Of a DNA stretch of 64,000 bases, positions 24,811 through 37,193 are shown one piece after another. The stretch spans positions 11,658,001-11,722,000 of the forward strand of contig NC_086101.1 of assembly GCF_963921235.1 (NCBI RefSeq), in the 5' to 3' direction. How positions within the stretch are numbered: position 1 is the stretch's first letter; each line of letters begins with the position of its first letter. The notes beneath the pieces are model-generated. The model was not told where the DNA came from. It did no database searches and was given only the letters and a program-made list of their open reading frames with translations. The stretch comes from Mobula hypostoma. Its lineage: Eukaryota. The position numbers were made by a program, and so were the translations under genes.

Positions 24811-27320
24811 TCTGTTCAAAGGGCATTGGTGTTTCCATACCAGCCCACAATGCAGCCAGTCTATAGAAGTTTATCAAAGTTTTTGATGTCATGCTGAATC
24901 TTCACAGACTTCTAAAGAAGTAGAGCTGCTGTTGTACTTTCTTTGCAATTACATTTATATGATGGGTCCAGGACAGGTCCTCTGAGATAGTGACACCCAG
25001 GAATTTAAAGTTACTGACTTTCCCCATCTCTGATCCTCCAATGAGAACTGGCTCATGGACCTCTGGTTTCCCTCTCCTAAAGTCTACAATCAGTTCCTTG
25101 GTCTTGCTGACATTGAGTGAGAGGTTGTTGTTATGACACCACTCAGCCAAATTTTCAATCTCCCTCCTCTGTGCTGATTCATCACCACCTTCGATTCGGC
25201 CCACAACAGTGGTGTCATCAGAGACCCTGAATCTGGTGTTGGAGCCACACAGTCATAGGTGAAAAGTGAGTTGAGCAGGGGGCGAAGCACACAGCTCCGT
25301 GTTACACCTGTGCTGATGGAGATTCTGGAGGAGATGTGTTTGCCAATCCGAACTGACTGGGGTCTGCAAGCGAGGAAACCCAGGATCCAACTGCACAAGG
25401 AGGTATTGAGGTCCAGGTCTTAGAGTTTACTGCAAACACGAGAAAATCTGCGATGCTGGAATTTCAAGCAACACACATAAAAGTTGCTGGTGAATGCAAC
25501 AGGCCAGGCAGCATCTCTAGGAAGAGGTACAGTCGACGTTTCGGGCTGAGACTCTTGGTCAGGACTAACTGAAAGAAGAACTAGTAAGAGATTTGAAAGT
25601 GGGAGGGGGAGGGGGAGATCCAAAATGATAGGAGAAGACAGGAGGGGGAGGGATGGAGCCAAGAGCTGGACAGGTGATTGGCAAAAGGGATACGAGAGGA
25701 TCATGGGACACGAGGCCTAGGGAGAAAGAAAAGGGAGAGGAAGGGAAAAAACCAGAGGATGGGCAAGGGGCATAGTGAGAGGGACAGAGGGAGAAAAAGG
25801 AGAGAGAGAAAAAGAATGTGTGTATATAAATAAATAACGGATGGGGTACGAGGTGGAGGTGGGGCATTAGTGGAAGTCTGAAAGTCAATGTTCATGCCAT
25901 CAGGTTGGAGGCCACCTAGACGGAATATAAGGTGTTGTTCCTCCAACCTGAGTGTGGCTTCATCTTTACAGTAGAGGAGCCCGTGGATAGACATATCAGA
26001 ATGGGAATGAGATGTGGAATTAAAATGTGTGGCCACTGGGAGATCCTGCTTTCTCTGGCAGACAGAGCATAGGTGTTCCCAGTCTGCGTCGAGTCTCGCC
26101 AATATATAGAAGGCCACATCGGGAGCACCGGACGCAGTATATCACCCCAGCTGGCTCACGGGTGAAGTGTTGTCTCACCTGGAAGGACTGTCTGGGACCC
26201 TGAATGGTAGTGAGGGAGGAAGTATAAGGGCATGTGTGGCACTTGTTCCGCTTACAAGGATAAGTGCCAGGAGGGAGATCAGTGGGGAGGGATTGGGGGG
26301 GACGAATGGACAAGGGAGTCGCGTAGGGAGCAATCCTTGTGGAAAGCAGAGGGGGGTGATGGAAAAATGTGCTTAGTGGTGGGATCCCGTTGGAGGTGGC
26401 GGAAGTTACGGAGAATAATATGTTGGACCCGGAGGCTGGTGGGATGGTAGGTGAGGACCAGGGGAACCCTATTCCTAGTGGGGTGGCGGGAGGATGGAGT
26501 GAGAGCAGATGTGCATGAAATGAGGGAGATGCGTTTGAGAGCAGAGTTGATGGTGGAGGAAGGGAAGCCCCTTTCTTTAAAAAAGGAGGACATCTCCTTC
26601 GTCCTGGAATGAAAATCCTCATCCTGAGAGCAGATGCGGCGGAGATGGAGGAATTGCAAGAAGGTGATGGCAATTTTGCAAGAGACAGGGTGAGAAGAGG
26701 AATAGTCCAGATAGCTGTGAGAGTCTGTAGGCTTGTAGTAGATAAGCTGTCTCCAGAGATAGAGACAGAAAGATCTAGAAAGGGAAGGGAAGTGTCGGAA
26801 ATGGACCAGGTAAACTTGAGGGCAGGGTGAAAGTTGGAGGCAGAGTTAATGAAGTCAACGAGCTCAGCATGCGTGCAGGAAGCAGCGCCAATGCAGTCGT
26901 CGATGTAGCGAAGGAAAAGTGGGAGACAGATACCAGTATCGGTTTGGAACATAGATTGTTCCAAAAAGCCAACAAAAAGGCAGGCATAGCTGGGGCCCAT
27001 ACGGGTGTCCATGGCTACACCTTTAGTTTGGGGGAAGTGGGAGGAGCCAAAGGAGAAATTATTAAGAGTAAGGACTAATTCTGCCAGACGGAGCAGAGTG
27101 GTCGTACAGCTTACTGATTAGTTTTGAGAGGATGATGGTAGTAAATGCTGAGTTGTAGTTGATAAAGAGCATCCTGATGTATGCATCTTTGCTGTCCAGA
27201 TGTTCCAGGGTTGTGTGAAAAGCCAACGAGATGGCATCTGCTGTGGACCTGTTGCTTCAGTAGGCACACCGGAGCAGATCCAAGTCACCACTCGGACAGG
27301 AGCTGATATGATTTACAAAT
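24810..27320 (-). mobile_element. Rex1/Babar-like LINE fragment (24810-25431 and 27106-27320) interrupted by a Penelope-like element
   Basis: [22 protein letters not shown] and FKFLGVTISEDLSW motifs; short duplication AG(T/C)TTACTG on both sides of the PLE. Confidence 0.75.
25432..27105 (-). mobile_element. Penelope-like retroelement (RT plus GIY-YIG endonuclease, frameshifted, 5'-truncated) with a terminal hammerhead motif
   Basis: GVAM(D)TRMGPSYACLFVG, LRYIDDCIG, YCVRCSRCGLLYIGETRRRL and LRLEEQHLIFRLG motifs. Hammerhead motif with altered core (CTGACCA) at 25531-25566. Confidence 0.9.
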
Positions 27321-27404
27321 TCGATGTTTGCTCCACATTGACAAATATAGTACTGTATAAAAGTCTTAGGCACCATAGCTGTATATATATAAATACCTAG
27401 ACTT

Positions 27405-29200
27405 TTGCACAATACCATAATAGTAGAAGAGAAAAGAATGGATATAGGACTGCTGGAAAATGCCACTGGAGAGATAGTACTGGGGGACAAAGAAATGGAG
27501 GAGGATCTTAATGAGTATTTCGCATCAGTCTTCACTGTGGAAGACACTAGCAGAATGCCAGAAATGCAAGAGTGTCAGGGGTCAGAAATGAGTTAAAAAG
27601 CCTGAACGTAAATTAGACACTTGGACCAAATTGTCTACTCCCCAGGGTTCCGAAAGAGGTAACTGAGGAGATTGTGGAGGCATTAGTAATGATCTTTCAA
27701 GAATTAATAGATTCTAGAATGGTTCCTGAGGACTGTAAAATTGCAAATGTCAATCCACTTTTTCAGAAGGGAGGGAGGCAGAAGAAAGGAAGTTATCGGC
27801 CAGTTAGTCTGACTGCAGTAGTTGGAATGATATTGGAATCCATTAAGAAGAATGAGGTTTTGAGGTAGTTTGAGGCACATGATAAAATAGGCCAAAGTCT
27901 GTATGGTTTTCCAAAGGAGAAACCTTGCTGTTAAATCTGTTAGAATTGTTTGAGGAAATATAAGGCAGGATAAACAAAAGAAAGTCAGTGGATGTTGTTT
28001 ATTTGGATTTTGATGTGGCCTTTGACAAGGTGCCACACATGAGACTGCTTAACAAGGTAAGAGTCCATGGTATTGCAGGAAAGGTACTAGCATGGACAGA
28101 AGATTGGCTGATTGGCAGGAGACAAACTGTGGGAATAAAGGGGGCCTTATGGTTGGCTGCCAGTGACTAATGTTGTGCTGCAGGGACTGTTTTCTTTCAC
28201 GTTATATGTCAATGATTTAGATGATGGAATTGATGGCTTTGTAGCCACGTTTGTGGCCAATACACAGACAGGTGGAGGGGTAGGTAGTATTGAGGAATCA
28301 GGGAGGCTGCAAAAGGACATGGACAGATTGGGGAAATGGGCAAAGAAATTGCAGATGGAATATGATGTAGAAAAGTGCCTGATGTACTTTGGCAATTGTT
28401 TACTCTTTTCCATAGATGCTGCCTGGCCTGCTGATCTCCCCAGCACTTTGTGTCTGATGCTTGGATTTCCAGCATCTGCACAGTTTCTCATGTTTGAGAA
28501 CATTTTTTTAAAAAAAGAGGTGCAGAGACATTTGAGCATCCTCATTAAAGATTCCTTAAAGATTAACTTGCAGATTGAGTCGGAAGGCAAATGTAATGTT
28601 CGCATTCAGTTAGAGGACTGGAATACAAAAGCACAAATGCATTGCTGAGGCCTTATCAGGCCTTGGTCAGCCTGCACTTGGAGTACTGAGAGCAATCTTG
28701 GGCCCCTTATCTAACAAAAGGTGTGTTCGCATTGGAGTGGGTGAAGAAAGAGTTCACAAGAATGATTTCAGGAATGAAAGGGTTAACATACGAGGAGTGT
28801 TTGATGGCTCTGGGCCTGTACTCACTGGAGTTCAGAAGGATGAAGGGGGATCTCACTGCAACCTATTGAATATTGAAAGCTCTGCACAAAGTGGATGTGG
28901 AGAGGAAGTTTCCCAAAGCAGAGGAGTCTAGAACCAGAGGGAACAGCCTCAGAATTGAGGGACATCCATTTAGAACAGAGATGAGGAAAACTTCCTTTTG
29001 TCATAGGGTAGTGAATCTGTGGAATTCAGGCCAAATTATTTAAGGTGGGGTTGATAATTTCTTGATAAGTCAGGATATCAAAGCTTAGAAGACGAAGGCA
29101 GAAGAATGGGTGGAGATGGATAATAAATCAGCCATGGTGGAATGGCTGAGCAGACTCTATGGGACAAATGGCCTGGATCCGCTCCTTTGTCTCATGGAAA
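27405..29200 (+). mobile_element. Degenerate CR1 LINE
   Basis: LNEYFASVFT, SYRPVSLT and YLDFDVAFDKVPH motifs with many stops; Penelope terminal fragment inserted at ~28395-28495. Confidence 0.85.
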
Positions 29201-30849
29201 TGCACAAAATTCTTTTCAGACTGATGATCCTCCTCAGTGCGTTTAAAACTAGGTGTTTTGGCAAGGGATCAGCCATCCATGACCCAGACGTGAAGAGATT
29301 TCTCCACCAACAGCCAGTGAATATTTGGTACTCAAAAGATTAAAGATGACCTGTATTTGCCACATATGTATTGAAGCATACAGTGAAATGTGTCGTTTGC
29401 AGCAAAGCAGAGCAACTTGGTGAGGATTGTGCTGGGGGCAGTGTGCAAGTTTTGCCATACTTCCAGTGTCAGTATAGCATGACCACAACTCACTTCCCCT
29501 AACTGTAGGTCTTTGGAGCTTTGGAGTAGCGGGGAGGGGGTGTACTGCACAGGATTGAAATGAGCTGTAGAAATTTTTAAACTCAGTCATCTCCATCAAG
29601 GACACGAGTCTCCCCAGCATCCAGGTTAGCTTCTGGCAGCAATGACTCAAAAAGGGGGCATCCATCATTAAGGACTCCTATCACCCAAATTACGTTCTCT
29701 TTTCATCATTACCATCAGGGAGGAGGTACAGGAGCCAGAAGGCTCACACGCAACGATTCAGGAACAGCTTCTTTCCCTCTGCCATCAGTCTTCTAAGTGG
29801 ATATTGAACCCATGAACACTACCTCCCTACTTTTTTTTCATCTTCTGTTTGCACTGCTATTTAAGTTAACATAAAAAATATATACGTATACACTTACTGT
29901 AATTTACAGTTTTTACTACTATGTATTGCAGTGAAATGCTGCATAACAACAAATTTCGTGAGATATAAAACCCAATTCTGATACCGGTGAACCCGGAGGA
30001 AACACACGCAGTCACGGGAGAACAGCAGATTCCTTGCAGGCAGCGATGGGAATTGAACCCTGATCGTCGACTGCTGGTGCTGTAAACTGATTGTGTTAAC
30101 TGTGGCGCCACTGTGCTGCTACTTGAGTGGCATTCCCCTCTCAAGTGTCCTGTGGAGGCTCAGTTGCTGAGAATATTCAGTGTGGAATCTGGGTAATTTT
30201 TGGAAACTATGGACTGAAGTTATGTTGGAATGTTACAGGAGAGTGACACTCAGGTGAACAAAGTAACTTAAGCTGAATTTATTATCATTAAACAGAAAGC
30301 ATGGATAAACCACACTAAATGTTACATAGTAAGTTACAAATATATCCACAAAGATTTCAGGGCTCACGATTCTTAGTCTGTACATGATTGTGGCTGCCGT
30401 CAGGGAACATGATTGTTGCTGTTGTCGGGGAACTTCAAGTTCTGACTTGTGAAATCATCCTGTGCCTGTCCTCAGCGACCAATCGTGATCCCTCAGTCTA
30501 GGTGAAATCCCAAGCACCCGGTAAAAAGTGCCTCAATAAATAGGTTTCAATCCACAAGCATAGCGGGACACACAGAGAAAGACAAACTATTCGGTTTTTC
30601 ATTCTCAGCACGGTTTCTTCCATTCAAACAACTCACGCACTCATCGACAAACATCCTGATGCCGCTGGTGCCTGAGACCGGAGAGAATCCAGCTGCTATT
30701 AGCAAACAGTTAACAAACCTGCAATTGTTTAACTTGTATAGAAATGTTACATGCTGCAAGCTCACAAAGAGTTCAAGCATCACTTGGAAATGTTCAGACT
30801 TTCATCTAATATTTTTACAAAATTTAATACACCGCAACACAGGCAACCA

Positions 30850-32390
30850 CTCGGAAACCCACTTTTTGTGGCAAATGGAACAAAATTGTTTGATAAAGCG
30901 GTCCCCCAATCTACATTGGGTTTCAGCAATGCAAAGGACTGCATCAGTACTGGATACAGTAGACAACTCTGTCAGACTCACAGGTAGTGTGTCACCTCAC
31001 TGGGAAGAGCTGTTTAGGGCCCTGAATGGATGTGAGGGAGGAGTACAGGGGCAGACATAGCACTTGTTCCACTTGTAGCGGTAAGTGCCAGGACAGAGAT
31101 CAGTAGGGAGGGATGAGTGGACAAGTGAATCATCTGGAGAACGATGCCTGCGGAAAGCAGAGAGTGGAAGGTGGGGGAGGGAAAGATGTGTTTCATGGTA
31201 GAAGCCCATTGAAGATGGTGGAAGTTGCAGAGAATGGTCTGCTGGATGTGGAGGCTCTGGGGTGGTAGGTGAGGCCAAGAGGAATGCTATCCCTGATAAG
31301 ACAGCTGGAAGATGGGGTGAGGGCAGGTTCTTGGGAAATGGGGGAGATGCAGTTGAGGCTGTGTCGATCATAGAGGAAGAAGAACTCCGATTTTTGAAGA
31401 AGGAGGACATCTCAGATGATCTTGAATGAAAAGCCTCATGCTGGGAACCGATGGAGAAGAGATGGAGGAAGTGAGAACAGGGAATGGCATTTTTTCAAGT
31501 GACAGGGTAGGAAGAAGTATAATCAAGATACAGTGGCAGTGAGAGTCAGTGGGTTTACAAAATATATAAATAGACAGTCTGTCTCCAAAGATGGAGACAG
31601 AGAGAACGAGAAAGGGGAGAGAGGTGTCCCAGATGGATCAAGTAAATCTGAGGCTGGGGTGAAAGCTGTGGGCATAGTTGATGAAATTGATGAACTTCGC
31701 ATAGGTGCAGGAAGCAGCACCAAGGCAGCCATTGATGTAGTGCAGAAAGATCTAGGGAGTGCTAGCAGTGTAGACTTGGAACATGGGACTGTCTCAAGTA
31801 GTCCAGGAAAAGGCAGGCAGAGCTGAGGCTCAACCGTGGGCCTGGAGAAAGTTGGAGGAGCTGAAAGAGAAATGGTTGAGGGTGACAACCAGTTCTGCCA
31901 GACAGAGGAGAATGCAGTGTAAGGGAACTGGTTAGGTCTGTTATCAAGGAAGAAGCAGAGAGTTTTAAAGTCTTCTTGATGGGAGATTGAAGTGTATAAG
32001 GACTAGACAATCATAGTGAAAATGAGGCAATGAGGGTCAGGGAACAAAGTGATTGAAAAGGGCGTGTGAAGTGCATGGATGTAGGTGGGAAGGGATTGAA
32101 CTAAGGGGGACAAAATGGAGTTAAGGTTTATGGACATGTTCAGTGGAGCAGACACAATGGGCCGACTCGGACAGTCAGGTTCATGCATCTTGGGTAGGAG
32201 GTGAAAACAAGATCTGAGGGATAAGGGAACTATAAGTTTTGTGGCAGAAGATGGGAGATCTCCAGATTTAATGTGGTTGGTAATGGTGCAGATGACCTTG
32301 GCCTGACAAGGACAAGGAGGTAAGAGGAGATGTCTGAGAGTGCCACCTCTGGCTTCACAACGTGGAGGTCAGTTTACTAGACTAATAGCA
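30850..32390 (-). mobile_element. Older Penelope-like element
   Basis: PKMHEPDCPSRPIVS, MSSFFKNR and GTYRYKWNKCY motifs on the minus strand, heavily degenerate. Confidence 0.8.
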
Positions 32391-32829
32391 CCTCCATCCC
32401 TCTCTCTCAACATTCCCCTCCCCATTCGCTCTGAAGTGCATTCTCTCTTTCTCACTTTCTCAGTCTCTCTCTAACTCTGTTATTTCATAGCTGTTCTGTG
32501 ATACCTGTCTCAGAATATCTTTCAAGAGGGTCAGGCCCAATAGTGTACAAGGCAGGGCACTGAAAACCTGTGCCAGCTAAAGTTCAAAGTTTAAACTGAC
32601 CATCAAAGTATATATATGTTACCATATACTACCCTGAGATAAATTTTCTTTTGGGCATTCACAGTAGGTACAAAGAGACATAATAGAATCGATGAAAAAT
32701 CACACAACGACAAAGACAATAAACGACCAAGGTGCAGAAGACACAAACAATGCAAAGACAAAAAAACTAACAATAATAATAATTCTATCACCCAGTAGCA
32801 CTCACATCTACAGTAACATGTTCTGAGAG

Positions 32830-33902
32830 GTTGACCATGGCCAGAATCAACTCCTGCCTCAGTAAGGATCTGGATCCATTGCAATTTGCCTATTGCCACA
32901 ATAGGTCCACGGCAGACGCAATCTCAATAGCTCTTCACCAAGGCCTTAATTCATTTGGACAATACAATCACCTATGTCAGGATGCTGTTCATTGAATGTA
33001 CCTCAGTGCTTAGCACCATCATCCCTACAGTCCTGATCAATATCTACAGAACTTGGGCCTTTGCACCTCTCTCTGCAAGTAGATCCTCGACTTGCTTACT
33101 GAAAGACCACAATCTGTGCAGATTGGTGATAATATCTCCTCCTCGCTGACAATCAACACTGGTGCACCTCAGGGATGTGTGCTTAGCACACTGCTCTGCC
33201 CTCTCTATACCTATGATTGTGTGGCTAGGTATAGCTCAAATACCATCTATGAATTTGCTGATGGTACAACTATTGTTGGCAGAATCTCAGACAGAACTGA
33301 GAGAGTGTACAGGAGTGAGATATACACCTAGTTAAGTGGTGTTGCAGCTACAACCTTACACTCAACATCAGTAACACTAAAGAGTTGATAATGCACTTCA
33401 GAAAGGGTAGGATGAGGGGACATGAAACAATTCGCATAGAGGGATCAAAAGTGGAGCGATGAGCAATTTCAAGTTCTTGGTTGTTAGGATCTCTGAGGAG
33501 CTAACCTGGTCCCAACATACTGATGCAGCTATAAAGAAGGCAAGACAGTGGCTATATGTCATTAGGAGTCTGAGGAGATCTGGTTTGTCAGCTAAGACTC
33601 TCAAAAGCTTCTACAGATGTACTGTGAAGAGCCTCCTGACTGGTCACATCACTGTCTGGGAGGGGCTACTGCTACTGTTCTGCCCATCACCCAGAACGTA
33701 CCATCTTCTGATTGTTACCATCAGGAAGGAGGTACAGAAGTCCAAAGGCACTCACTCAGCGATTCAGGAACAGTTTCTTCGCCTCTGTCATCCAATTCCT
33801 AAATGGACATTGAACCGATGAACACTACCTCACTTTTTTAATATGTACTATTCCTATTTTTTCACTATTTTTAATTTAACTATTTAATACACACACACAC
33901 AC

Positions 33903-33933
<31 letters not shown>

Positions 33934-34850
33934 AAACATATATATACTTAACATAATTGGTTTATCTATGTATTTTTCCTATTATTATCATGTGTTGTGT
34001 TGTACTGCAGCCTCTAAGCTAACAAATTTCACAACATATGCGGAGATATTAAACCTGATTCTGATTCTGATTCAGCAGTCAAAAGGTCCTCAATCATACT
34101 GGTGTCCCAACGAGCAAGACAGTGAGCTGCGTCAATGACTATCAGCCAGTTGCACTCACTTCTACTGTGATGAAGTGCTTTGAGAGGTTGGTCATTGCTA
34201 GAATTAACTTTGGCCTAAGAAAAGACCTGGATCCGTTGCAATATGCCTACTGCCACAATAGGTCTAGAGCAGATGAAATCCACTTGGCCTTGTACTATTT
34301 GGACCACAGTAATATATATGTCAGGCTGCTGTTCATTAATGACAGTTCAGTGTTCAACAGCATCATCCCCTCAGTACTAATCACTAAGCTTCAAAACCTG
34401 GGCCTCTTTATCTGTCTCTGCAAATGGGCCGTTATCTTCCTCACCAGAACAACTCTGTCTGTAAGATCGGAAGTAATATCTCTTCCTGGTTAACAATCAA
34501 CTCCAGCACACCTCAAGGATGCATGCATAGTTCTACTCTCTCTACATTCATGACTGTGTGGCTAGGAACAGTGTAAAACACCATCTATAAATTCTTCGAT
34601 GACACAACTGTTGCTGGCAGAATTTCAGACGGTGACAAGGAAGCGTAAGTGAGTGAGGTAGATCGGCTGGTTAAGTGGTGTCACAGCAACAATCTTGCAC
34701 TCAACATCGGTAAGAACTGATTACGGACTTCAGGAAGGGAAGCAAGGAGAACAGACACCAGTCCTCATCGAGGCATCAGTAATGGAAAGTGTGAGCAGCT
34801 TCAACTTCCTTGTCGTCAACATCTCAGGAGATCTAAACTGGGCCAAACAT
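32830..34850 (+). mobile_element. Two adjacent degenerate Rex1/Babar-like LINE fragments (~32830-34070, ~34075-34850)
   Basis: [37 protein letters not shown] and YDCVA..EFADGTT motifs; (CTGATT)n tail at ~34055; (CA)n at ~33889-33932. Confidence 0.8.
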
Positions 34851-35749
34851 ACACTCCATGGCCAATTTATTAGGTATACAGTACCTGTACAATTGCACAT
34901 TAATGCAAATATCTAATCAGCCAATCAAGTGGCAGCAACTCCGTGTGTAAAAGCATGAAAACGTGGCCGAGAGGTTCAGTTGTTGTTCAGACCAAACATC
35001 AGAATAGGGAAGAAATGTAATCTAAGTGAATTTGAACATGGAATGATTGTTAATTTAAGACGGGGTGGTTCAAGAATCTCATAAAATGTTGATCTCCTGG
35101 GTTTAAGGATACTGGTGTGAAAATCTAAAAAAGACATGCAGTGAGCAGACATCCTGTGGGTGAAAACACCTTGTTAATGAGAGAGGTCAGATCAGAATGG
35201 TTAGACTGGTTCAAGGTGACAGAAGGTGATAGTAACTCAAATAATTGTGCTCAATTCTGGTCGCCTCACTACAGAAAGGACATGGAAACCATAGAAAGGG
35301 TGCAGAGGAGATCTACAAGGGTGTTGCCTGGATTGGGGAGTATGCCTTAGGAGAATAGGTTGAGTGAACTTGGCCTTTTCTCCTTGGAGTGACGGAGGAT
35401 GAGAGGTGACCTGATAGAGGTGTATAAGATAATGAGAGGCATTGATCATGTGGATAGTCAGAAGCTTTTCCTCAGGGCTGAAATGGCTAGCACAAGAGGG
35501 CATAGTTTTAAGGTGCTTGGAAGTAGGTACAGAGGAGATGTTGGGGGTAAGTTTTTTACACAGACAGTGGTGAGTGTGTGGAATGGGCTGCCGGCGGCAG
35601 TGGTGGAGGCGGAACATCTCAACAGTGGTGTGCAGAAGAGCATCTCTGATTGAAGTGGTTGGGCTACAGAGGCAGAAGACCACAAACATACATTCTGTGG
35701 CCACTTTATTAGGTACAGGAGATATCTAATAAGGTGGGCACTGAGTGTA
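34850..35749. mobile_element. Tc1-like non-autonomous element with a CR1 fragment inserted (~35245-35612)
   Basis: TIR-like CACTC(C/A)..GGCCA.TTTATTAGGTA at the left end and CTAATAAGGTGGGCACTGAGTGTA at the right end; related to 49049-51113. Confidence 0.7.
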
Positions 35750-36031
35750 ATGATGCAATTTCGAAGAAGGCACACCAGTCGCTATATTTCATCAGGAGAT
35801 TGAGGAGACGTGGCATGTCACAAAAAATCTAGCCAGTTTCTACGGATGTAATATGGAGAGCATACTGAATGGTTGCAACACTGTCTGGTATGCAGACACC
35901 AATGCACAGGATCAGAGAAAGCTTCAGAGGGTTGTAAACTCAGCCAGCTCCATCATGGGCACCAAGCACCCCACCATCGAGGACTTTTCAATAGGCAATG
36001 CCTCAAGAAGGTGGCATTTACAACTCCTCCC

Positions 36032-36214
36032 TTGGACGGTCAGACACCCTGAGCCAATAGGCTGGTCCTGGATTTATTTCATAATTTACTGGCATAATTT
36101 ACATATTACTATTTAACTATTTATGGTTCTACTACTATTTATTATTTATGGTGCAACTGTAACGAAAACCAATTTCCCCCGGGATCAATAAAGTATGACT
36201 ATGACTATGACTAT
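36032..36214 (+). repeat. Young LINE 3'-UTR fragment with an (ATGACT)n tail; near-identical copy at 55517-55713
   Basis: CAGACACCCTGAGCCAATAGGCTGGTCCTGG...CAATAAAGTATGACTATGACTATGACT appears twice with few differences. Confidence 0.8.
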
Positions 36215-37193
36215 TTATCATTAAGAACTCCCGTCACCCAGGACATGCCCTCTTCTCATTGCCACCATCAGAGAGGAGGTGCAGGAGCCTGACGACACAC
36301 ACTCAATGTTTTAGGAACAGCTTCTTCCCCTCTGCTATCAAATTTCTGAAGAGACCATGAACAATGCCTCGTCTTTTGCTCACTTTTTGCAGTACCTATT
36401 TTAAAATATTTCTTAATATACCATAGTAATTTTGTGAACTGCACTGTACTAGCGCTGCAAAACAAATTTCATGACATATGTTAGAGATAATAAAGCTGAT
36501 TTTGATTCATATCCATTTTCAAATGTCTTTTCCTTCATTTACTTCAATTTACCCATGGTAAATTTCAGTGACTTCGCCTACAACATATCACTGTGGCAAC
36601 CCGATCAAAGACTAAATGTCCCTCCCCATCGCTCAAGACAATGCGAAACTAATCAACTTGTTTTTCCTTTCTTCCAGCTCTAGACCTAAATGCTAGCTTG
36701 GTTTTGCTTTCCAGATGGTTCGAGACTTCCTGACTTTCTGCTTTAATTTTAGATTTCTGGCATCTGCAGTTTTTGTTTTACTTCATGCTGCAATATTCGG
36801 ATGGAGCAAGTGGAAAAATGTATTAATGCTGGTTTGCACAAAGTAGACATCGCGAGCATCAAACTGCCTTTTAAGGCTCAGGAGCACCAGAGAGCCAAAA
36901 TCCACCGCCCGCAGCCGCTGCTGAATGTGTGGACCCGCTGAAAGGGCTATTTACTCCGTCTTTATGTTTTCACAAAAGTACTTATCTTCTGTTTACGGAT
37001 GCGGGTAACCACTAAAATTACTAAAGTGACAGCTGGAGTATCAATTCCCTGTTTATTTACTTTTCAGAAATATATATTTCTACTGGTTATTTTCAGGCTC
37101 ATTGTAGATTTGCAATGCGGATTTAGGGGATGCAGAGGGTCCCATTCAGAACCAAGATTTTGTCAGCGGGGTTTCCACCCCAGAGCCCCCCTC

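Noticed and set aside
30180..30850. Apparently non-repetitive intergenic stretch with short ORFs
   Set aside because: No recognisable domain, splice pattern or similarity to TRIM exons; no call can be supported.
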